Assembly (NCBI GenBank): GCA_049968235.1
Contig: JBMFRC010000002.1
Span: 64,001-128,000 of the forward strand
Length of the DNA: 64,000 nucleotides
Direction: 5' to 3'
Origin: Candidatus Hydrogenedens sp.
GTDB taxonomy: Bacteria; Hydrogenedentota; Hydrogenedentia; Hydrogenedentales; Hydrogenedentaceae
Part shown: positions 1-7,488 of the stretch, in pieces
Numbering within the stretch: the stretch's first letter is position 1
Layout of the letters: every line of letters starts with the position of its first letter
The notes under the pieces: model-generated
Database searches by the model: none
What the model saw: the letters and a program-made list of their open reading frames with translations, nothing else
What the model was told of the DNA's origin: nothing
Program-made: the position numbers and the translations under genes

Positions 1-29
1 ACGGACCCCTCTTCTTCAATCTCTAAAAT

Positions 30-1772
30 TTATCGTGTAGATATGGGCTTGGATGTGTCGTTTATCTGTTTATTGTATTTCTCTATTTTCCGCTTTACTT
101 CTTCATTCTTAGGGTCAAGAATAATTGCTCGTTCCCATTCTGCAATTGCCCGTTTCAAATTCCCCTTTAATAAATAAGCATCTCCTAAGTGGTCACGAAG
201 CACTGCATCATCAGTATTCATCTTATAAATTGCCTTCCGTATATATTCAATCGCCTTTTCTGCATCCCCCCGACGGTAATATATCCAGCCTAAACTATCC
301 AGATAAAAAGGATTTTCCGGGTCAATCTTCAAAGCCCGTCGAATTAAATTTTCCGCTTCGGTTAGATTTACATTTTTATCTGCATATAAATATCCTAAGA
401 AATTAAGTAATTCTGCGTTTTCTGGGTCCAATTCAATACATACTTTTAAATATTTTTCGGTATTCTCAAATTGTTTTAATTTGTCATAACAAATAGAAAG
501 ATAGTAGTGAACCCATAAATTCTTATCATGTTCTTTTAATAAGGGAGTTAATATTTCAATGGCTTTTTCTTCCCGTTCTGCAACCATCAAAACTCGAGAC
601 CATATTAAGCATAACGCTAACGAATTTCCTTCTTTCACCAATGTTTCAATTTGGCTTTCAAACCAGCCCGAAACAATCCCTGTTCCGAAATTACTCCAGA
701 TTGCATTTATAAAATCATTACATTCGCTATCTATTGTTTCCGAAAAATCGTCTATTGTCTCTAAAATTCTTTGAAAATCATTATTTCCTGAAAGTTTTAA
801 GGTCAATACATATAGCAACTTACTCATCAAAGGATATTCATTTACAGGAAGCAATGACATTGCACGGGAATAATCAGCATTCCGTAAAAAGAAAAAAGAG
901 AGCAACATTTTCTGAAGAGGGGTTGTCTCTGTAGAAAGCATCATTTTTTGAGCAATCTCCCCTGCCTTTACCATTTCTCCTATACGGGCGTAGGCTCCTA
1001 ATAAAACTTCCCATGCTTTTATATCCTCAGGCTTTTTTTGCACATATTGTTCCAAAAACTGAATTGCATTTGACAATTGATTTTCATCAATATAGAGCAA
1101 TGCGAGTATATAATGAGCCCGTATCATACGCGGGTCTAATTTCAAAGATTTTTCTAATTCTGTTATGGCTAATGGATTATTTTTTATACGGGCATAGGTT
1201 AAACCTAACTGGTAATGCAATAACGCACTATTCGGTCTCTTTTCTATCATTTTCCGATAAATATCAATTGCTGCAACTAAATCATTGGTATCTTCTTGTA
1301 ATTCAAGCAAAGCACTATAACCAAGGACATCCTCAGGATTTAATTCGATGGCTTTTTGAAAAGATTCTACGGCATCATCAATTCTCCCTAAACGATGACA
1401 CAACTCACCCCGGATTAGATAAAGGGAAGGTAAATTTTTATCTTTTTGAATTACTTTATCCACACTAACCAGTGCCTGTTCATATTTTTCTGCCATAAGA
1501 TAAAGCCGGATAAGACGAACCCAAGGTGTCGTTGCTTCAGGGTCATATTTTAATGTCTCTTCCAATTCCTGTATTGCTCTTTCTGTATCTCCCTGTCGGT
1601 GATAGACCATAGCGGAAAGATAATGAGAAAGAGATTTCCCTTTGAGTTGTGTCGTTGGTTTATTAAACGTAGTTTTTATATCCATACCTAAATAAGAAGG
1701 AGATATCTGGCAATTTGCAATAAGAAATAAAAATGGTAATAAAAAAAATTTTTCTTTCTTAAAAAACTTCAT
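30..1772 (-). CDS. TPR-repeat lipoprotein (580 aa)
   Basis: N-terminal signal with a lipobox-like LIANC. Many 34-aa TPR-like repeats (A/Y/L periodicity, e.g. AIELNP, ALKIDPEN, YYRRGDAEKAIEY). Lies 21 nt downstream of rnhB on the same strand. Confidence 0.7.
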   Translation of the reverse strand: MKFFKKEKFFLLPFLFLIANCQISPSYLGMDIKTTFNKPTTQLKGKSLSHYLSAMVYHRQGDTERAIQELEETLKYDPEATTPWVRLIRLYLMAEKYEQALVSVDKVIQKDKNLPSLYLIRGELCHRLGRIDDAVESFQKAIELNPEDVLGYSALLELQEDTNDLVAAIDIYRKMIEKRPNSALLHYQLGLTYARIKNNPLAITELEKSLKLDPRMIRAHYILALLYIDENQLSNAIQFLEQYVQKKPEDIKAWEVLLGAYARIGEMVKAGEIAQKMMLSTETTPLQKMLLSFFFLRNADYSRAMSLLPVNEYPLMSKLLYVLTLKLSGNNDFQRILETIDDFSETIDSECNDFINAIWSNFGTGIVSGWFESQIETLVKEGNSLALCLIWSRVLMVAEREEKAIEILTPLLKEHDKNLWVHYYLSICYDKLKQFENTEKYLKVCIELDPENAELLNFLGYLYADKNVNLTEAENLIRRALKIDPENPFYLDSLGWIYYRRGDAEKAIEYIRKAIYKMNTDDAVLRDHLGDAYLLKGNLKRAIAEWERAIILDPKNEEVKRKIEKYNKQINDTSKPISTR

Positions 1773-1793
1773 AATTACTTCATTCCCATGTAT

Positions 1794-2435
1794 CTATTTT
1801 AATTCCGGAAATAAGGACGCTGTCATCGAATTTAAGGGAGCAAAACTTAATCGATGAATGGGAGATGGTCCGAATTTCTCAATAGCCTGAAGATGTTCTT
1901 TCGTTCCATAACCTTTATGCCTTGCAAATCCATATTCCGGATATTCTTTGTCAAATTCTTTCATAATTCTATCGCGTGTTACTTTCGCAACAATACTCGC
2001 TGCACCAATTGATATGGAGCGTTGGTCTCCCTTAATTATTTTCCATGCAGGACATGGAAAACCTTTTATCTCATAACCATCAATTAAAAGTAAATCGGGT
2101 TTGTTTTTTAAACGAGACACCGCTTCTGTCATTGCACAAATATTTGCCGATTGAATTCCTATTTCATCTATTATTTTGTTACTGATTATAGAGATACCAA
2201 TATCGTGTTCTCCGGACATTAGTATATCAAATAATTCTTCTCTTTTTCTTTCTGTCAATCTTTTTGAATCATCAATTCCATAGACAACGGAATATAGAAC
2301 CACTGCCGATGAAACAATAGGACCCGCCAGTGGTCCTCTACCTGCTTCATCCACCCCTGCTATATAAATAAAACCTTGTTCTTTCCCTTTATTTTCGAAA
2401 AACCACTTATCGGTGATACTCATTTCTTTACTCAT
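1794..2435 (-). CDS. rnhB: Ribonuclease HII
   Basis: IAGVDEAGRGPLAGPIV N-terminal catalytic motif and the overall 213 aa length are typical of RNase HII. Confidence 0.9.
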   Translation of the reverse strand: MSKEMSITDKWFFENKGKEQGFIYIAGVDEAGRGPLAGPIVSSAVVLYSVVYGIDDSKRLTERKREELFDILMSGEHDIGISIISNKIIDEIGIQSANICAMTEAVSRLKNKPDLLLIDGYEIKGFPCPAWKIIKGDQRSISIGAASIVAKVTRDRIMKEFDKEYPEYGFARHKGYGTKEHLQAIEKFGPSPIHRLSFAPLNSMTASLFPELK

Positions 2436-2497
2436 CTATAAATATATCCTTTAGAAATACATTCTAACTCAAACCAATTAACCCTTTAAAACAGTCA

Positions 2498-2528
2498 GGG
2501 CGAGCATGTCCTCCGGACATTCTCGCCC
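2498..2528 (-). terminator. Putative rho-independent terminator downstream of the 2557..3132 gene
   Basis: GC-rich hairpin gggcgagcatgtcc-tcc-ggacattctcgccc (about 14 bp stem). On the minus strand it is followed by UGACUGUUUUAAAG. It sits between two co-directional minus-strand genes. Confidence 0.45.
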
Positions 2529-2556
2529 CAAATTAAAACTGATTAAATTTCAAATA

Positions 2557-3132
2557 TTATATTCCTGGTGGCAATAAATGACCATAAGATAATGTCGTTC
2601 TGGAACCATCAGGATTAAATACTGTAATGAAGTTCACATTGGCACCCTGAACATCATTCGGTCCACCAATCCATTCGATAGTGCAGGAACCGTTTTTCTT
2701 GGTGTCAACGATACCGACACCCGGAATCGGTGTGCTGTCGTCAGGACTGATAGGTCTGTCAGGAACCAATACACCCTGTCCACCTTCTTGACCTCTTGGG
2801 GATCCACCTGGAACTGTGGAATCTGGGTCATAAACACATGGACGGAATGCTAATGCAGACTTCGGTGCAATGGTGAAACTGTTATTGGGTGGGAAAGGAC
2901 CCAAGCAAACACCATCTGCATTGTAATAGGTAATGTAGCATGTCAATGTAGTATCTACATTACTCTTCAGATAAATCAGGTTCATAGCGCCTGATTTCCC
3001 GACCGAAGGATTCACAGGTACACCTACATCTGCAGGAAGGTTGTCTGAGAACCATGGTACTGCCAATGAACTGGCGAATGCCACTCCGGTTCCTACTAAC
3101 ACTAACAATGCGGCGAAACTAAGTTTTCTCAT
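2557..3132 (-). CDS. Secreted small protein of unknown function (191 aa, Cys-containing)
   Basis: Signal peptide (MRKLSFAALLVLVGTGVAFASS). Strong RBS aggaggtg lies 7-8 nt upstream of the ATG. GC content is visibly higher (about 48-50%) than in neighbouring genes. No recognisable family. Confidence 0.6.
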   Translation of the reverse strand: MRKLSFAALLVLVGTGVAFASSLAVPWFSDNLPADVGVPVNPSVGKSGAMNLIYLKSNVDTTLTCYITYYNADGVCLGPFPPNNSFTIAPKSALAFRPCVYDPDSTVPGGSPRGQEGGQGVLVPDRPISPDDSTPIPGVGIVDTKKNGSCTIEWIGGPNDVQGANVNFITVFNPDGSRTTLSYGHLLPPGI

Positions 3133-3171
3133 CTTTTCACCTCCTCTCGTGGGGGTTTACCTAAACTTTTT

Positions 3172-3193
3172 GTCATGTTCACTGGAACATGAC
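3172..3193. repeat. Perfect inverted repeat GTCATGTTC-actg-GAACATGAC in a divergent intergenic region
   Basis: Seen directly: 9-bp arms with a 4-nt loop. On the plus strand a U-run (ctcgtttagttttttttatt) follows 3 nt later. On the minus strand it sits about 40 nt upstream of the RBS of the 2557..3132 gene. Confidence 0.5.
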
Positions 3194-3420
3194 CTCGTTT
3201 AGTTTTTTTTATTCAATTTTCACTATATAGTTTATACCACAAACCAGTTTGAGATGTCAAGTCAAATTTTCAAAATTTTAAAAAAATTTTATTCCCAAAA
3301 TATAACTGAAATTATTTTCACTATTCCACTACTTTTCATATATTACAAAAATAGAATACTCAACCATAACATTGAAAATAGTATAATAAAATACTACTAA
3401 ACATAGATTGGGATTCATTG

Positions 3421-4823
3421 ATGAAAAAATTATCAAGGAGAAATTTTCTTCTAAGTAGCACATTACCTCTGTTCCCATACATATATAAATCTACAAACAA
3501 GCAAAGCAATATAAATATTCTTCTTATCATTTCTGATGATTTGAACAATTACACTTCTTACTTAAATTGTGAACCTGAACTATTAACCCCGAACATTCAT
3601 TCACTGCAAAAACATTCTATTACCTTTGAAAATGCATATTGTCAGTATCCTCTTTGCCATCCATCAAGAACAAGTATGCTTACAGGACTTCATCCCTTCT
3701 CTACGGGCGTATACATGTCCGAACAGATTAATTCTGCAGAGTTGCCTATATTACCTCAGTATTTAAAGGAAACACATTACCTTACTGCTGGAATTGGAAA
3801 AGTATTTCATCCCAAATACAATATTGAAAATGTATGGGATTTTAACTTCGAAATATACGACAACCTTTACAATTTTATATACAAAAAAGATGACCCTTTA
3901 TCTGCACAAAATTTCTGTTATGGTCCTGTTGATATTTCCCTTGAAGATACTAATGACTACAAAATAGCCCAACAAGCAGTGGATTTTATTAAATCGAATA
4001 AAAATAATCCCTGGTTTCTTGCTATTGGTTTCCACACTCCTCATACCCCTCTTTTTGCACCCCGGGAGTTTTTCAAGAAAATCCCAAAAAATATTGTAAA
4101 AAAGCCTATCGTTCCCGACGATGATTTAAACGATATTCCAGAAGCAGGTATAAAATTAATAACGAAATACGATAAGGCAAACATACACCAACTTGTATTA
4201 GAAAGGAATATATGGGAAGAACTTATTTATGCCTATTTAGTTCGAATTGCATTCTTAGATGAACTTATTGGAAGCATATTAAAAAATCTTGAAGAAAGTA
4301 AGATATTTAACAATACTTGTATTCTTCTTTGCGGTGATAATGGATGGCATTTAGGGGAAAAGAAACGATGGCAGAAATTTACTCTATGGCAAGAAGCCAA
4401 TAAAGTCCCACTTATTCTGCATCTCCCTGATGGATATAAAGGAGGCTTAACCCTAAAAGAACCTGCTGGGCTTGTTGATATTTTCCCCACAATAACAGAC
4501 CTTCTCTCTTTAAATAAACCTGAAAATTAGAAGGTAAAAGTTTATTGCCTTCGATAAAAAAAGAAGTAATAGAAAATCCATATGTGGTAATTTCTCAGAT
4601 ATAAAATAACAATTTTGCCTTCCGTACGACACGATATTCGTATATTATTTATTATGATGGAAGCGAAGAACTATATGATTACCAATCAGACCCAGGAGAA
4701 TATCATAACATTGCTATGTTAGAAGAGAGTCAAGAAATAAAAAGGAATATCATTTCATTAATTCCCGATAATCAGCGGAAAAAGTTAGCCTCTATTATTA
4801 AAAAAGATATTTTCCAACCATAA
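3421..4823 (+). pseudogene. Cys-type (formylglycine) sulfatase with TAT signal, disrupted by a frameshift and an in-frame stop
   Basis: RRNFLL twin-arginine motif. Sulfatase signature CHPSRTSMLTG (C-x-P-S-R). Frame 1 ends at TAG 4528-4530 (..LSLNKPEN*). The conserved sulfatase C-terminus continues in frame 3 (GKSLLPSIKKEVIENPYVVISQI-TAA-NNNFAFRTTRYSYIIYYDGSEELYDYQSDPGEYHNIAM...QP*), ending at 4823. A TTG at 3418 is an alternative start. Confidence 0.6.
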
Positions 4824-4824
4824 A

Positions 4825-7482
4825 TCAATTCAAATAACCCAGATTTCTCAAAGTCTCCCTTGTTTCATCAGAGATATCCACTACCTTTCTTCCATCCTCT
4901 GTTCCTTTTGAATAGTACTCAACCCAGAAGAAAAATTCTTTTTTATCATTAGAATTGCCTGACTTCTGAACCTTCATATCTTCACTTGAGAAATAGAAAA
5001 ACTTTTCACCTTTTGACTGTAACAGATGATAACTAGAAGGATAACTTATTGCCCAACAATTTTGGATATGAATTTTCAACTCGCTTTTATCTTCTACCGG
5101 CATAATCTGAATTATTGCAGGTATAGAACTTTTTGGAAGAAATACATCTGCCTTCAAATCCATAGGTGTTGTTCTTTCATTTTTTGTCCGTAATACCCCT
5201 CCTTGAATTTTAGAAAATAGAATAGGCACAGAACATTGTATATTTACGGAACCTGTCCAGAAGGATACAGGATTCGAGAAACATAACCACCAACCTTCTT
5301 TTTTTAGTCCAAATTTTTGCATCAATAATATGGACATATCTTTAAATAATTCCGGTTGTTCTAAACTTACATCATAGTATTCTGCCATATTTTTTTGTAA
5401 ATCAAATAAAGATTTAACACCCTTAGGAATATCCTCCAAAAGTTTATACTGCTTTTTTACTAATGCCCTCATATCTCCTCTTAGACTTGATGAGAAAATA
5501 AGTCTTTCAGTCATTTTTTCTTTTGAAATAATATCTAACAAAGATACACCATCTAATGACACATCCTCTTTCTGATTTAATATTTCTAATATAGTAGGCA
5601 TTAAATCTTCCAGTATTACTCTATCTTTCACATGAAGTCCTGCATATTTGTTATTCGGGAATTTGATAATAGTTACATTCCTCATACTCTCCTCATACAC
5701 ATTATCATGTCCGTATAATCCATGTTCCCCTAAAGATTCCCCATGGTCAGAAACAACCGCTATAAAAGCAGAGTCATACAATCCAATGTCTTTTAAAAAA
5801 GCAAAAAAATCTCCTAAAGCATAATCTACTTTATAAACACAGTCATCATAAAGAGCATGAATATATGCAATCTCTTCCTCTGTTGGGTAAACATCCCCGG
5901 TTGCAAGATACTGAAGCAATAGCCCTAACGATGGGATATCTTCACAACCAATATAACCGTTTTCAGGTCTTACCATTCCTCGAGAAAACATTTTAAAATG
6001 TTCCTCACCCGCATCATAAATCAAATTTCCATACGCTTTTGAATGGACATCATAATTATGCATAAAGACAAATATTCGTTGATTTTGTTGATGGGCTATC
6101 CAATCTTTAGTTTCATTACAAACTTCCAATACAGTCCTCCGATTTCCTTCTCTTCCTTCTTCCGGTACAGAAAACAAATCCATTCCTCGTGCAAATCCAC
6201 GAGATGGAATAAACCACCATAAAAACCCCGCAAAACCTGCTGTTGTATATCCATAATCTCTCATCAGTTCAGGCAAGGTTCCCACATAAGGGTAAACATC
6301 TGTATTACGAGTTAAACCATGTCCTTCCGGAAATCGTCCTGTAAGCATGCTCATATGAGCCACAGGGGTAAATGTCTGGGTAGTATATGCATTTTCAAAA
6401 ACAACAGCATCCTTTGCAAAATTATCCAGATTTGGACTTGTAGGCAAATAATATCCATATGGTAGTAAATGGTCGGGTCTTAATGTATCGCAAGAAATAA
6501 TAAAAAAAGGGGGTCCCTTTTGGTTATTTTCAATTGTTGTATTTACAAGCATTGGATTTCCCCATACGCCGAAATCTCCAATGGAATTATTAATTGGGTT
6601 CATCTCAAAAATAAACTCTACCTCCTTACTTTCATATTTATCAAGACTTAATACACCTCTTTTCCATTTCCTATCTTCCTCTGTTACCTGTGGTCGCATT
6701 TCCGCATGATATATCGCATCTGTACTACCATCTGATACTATATGGATTGAAAAGGCTATTCCATCAGTCTGCCAATCTTGGCTTTCAGAAGTTTTCTTAT
6801 AAGCACCCAAAATAGGATTGTATATTCCAATATAAAAAATTAGTTTCATTCCCTGTTCAATTTTCCGAGTAAATATTACCTTTTCGTTCCATAAAACATC
6901 CATACACACACTACCTATTGTTAACTGTCGTGGATGTTTTTTTTCATAAGGCACAAAGTTTACTTTCTCTAAGTTTACTTCCTTCTCATCTGATATTCCT
7001 TGTATTTCTACCCATACCTTATCTACTGTATCAAATATAGGATTCTCTTTATCCGAAAATCTCAAAGCAAAGGAATATGTATGTATCTTCCCATCGTTAA
7101 TCAATCTCATCCCTTCGGAAGGGAAATAAATGTTATCATCCCATTTTTTACTTGACCAACCCCACCTTATTTCAGAACCCTTCTTACTGGATAAATATAT
7201 ATGAACAAATTGATACATTCCCATATCCATAGCGGATGACAGAGAAAATAACAGAATCTTTACATTTGGGTCCAAAGATTTTTTCCATTCTTTTCCCTCT
7301 AATATTAACTCTGGAAACTTTTCTCTTTTTTCCCAATATTCCTTCGAGAAACGGAATATGTCATCACCCCATGAGACACAACATATTGGTATAACAAACA
7401 TAAAAATAAAAACAATAAGAAGGGGAGTTTTCCTGTGAAAAAAAGAAACTATAGGTTTTTCTTTATATATATACTTATTCAT
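4825..7482 (-). CDS. Membrane-anchored sulfatase-fold (alkaline phosphatase superfamily) protein with novel N-terminal domain, paralog A (885 aa)
   Basis: N-terminal hydrophobic anchor followed by a roughly 300 aa domain with an IRWGWSS motif. Central sulfatase-like core FIISCDTLRPDHLLPYGY ... TFTPVAHMSMLTGRFPEGHG has Thr where FGly sulfatases have Cys and His where they have Arg. Metal/active-site-like blocks HGESLGEHGLYGH follow. The sulfatase-like C-terminus ends ..LRNLGYLN. Confidence 0.75.
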   Translation of the reverse strand: MNKYIYKEKPIVSFFHRKTPLLIVFIFMFVIPICCVSWGDDIFRFSKEYWEKREKFPELILEGKEWKKSLDPNVKILLFSLSSAMDMGMYQFVHIYLSSKKGSEIRWGWSSKKWDDNIYFPSEGMRLINDGKIHTYSFALRFSDKENPIFDTVDKVWVEIQGISDEKEVNLEKVNFVPYEKKHPRQLTIGSVCMDVLWNEKVIFTRKIEQGMKLIFYIGIYNPILGAYKKTSESQDWQTDGIAFSIHIVSDGSTDAIYHAEMRPQVTEEDRKWKRGVLSLDKYESKEVEFIFEMNPINNSIGDFGVWGNPMLVNTTIENNQKGPPFFIISCDTLRPDHLLPYGYYLPTSPNLDNFAKDAVVFENAYTTQTFTPVAHMSMLTGRFPEGHGLTRNTDVYPYVGTLPELMRDYGYTTAGFAGFLWWFIPSRGFARGMDLFSVPEEGREGNRRTVLEVCNETKDWIAHQQNQRIFVFMHNYDVHSKAYGNLIYDAGEEHFKMFSRGMVRPENGYIGCEDIPSLGLLLQYLATGDVYPTEEEIAYIHALYDDCVYKVDYALGDFFAFLKDIGLYDSAFIAVVSDHGESLGEHGLYGHDNVYEESMRNVTIIKFPNNKYAGLHVKDRVILEDLMPTILEILNQKEDVSLDGVSLLDIISKEKMTERLIFSSSLRGDMRALVKKQYKLLEDIPKGVKSLFDLQKNMAEYYDVSLEQPELFKDMSILLMQKFGLKKEGWWLCFSNPVSFWTGSVNIQCSVPILFSKIQGGVLRTKNERTTPMDLKADVFLPKSSIPAIIQIMPVEDKSELKIHIQNCWAISYPSSYHLLQSKGEKFFYFSSEDMKVQKSGNSNDKKEFFFWVEYYSKGTEDGRKVVDISDETRETLRNLGYLN

Positions 7483-7488
7483 ATCTGG

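Noticed and set aside
125-1468. Plus-strand ORFs (93-151 aa) from the six-frame track overlapping the TPR gene
   Set aside because: They are entirely antisense to a well-supported 580-aa TPR CDS. They have no RBS and produce low-complexity, unconserved-looking translations. This is typical of spurious ORFs in AT-rich DNA.
2634-2837. 67-aa minus-strand ORF nested in the 2557..3132 gene
   Set aside because: It is a same-strand alternative frame inside a longer ORF that has a strong RBS and a signal peptide. There is no independent support for it.
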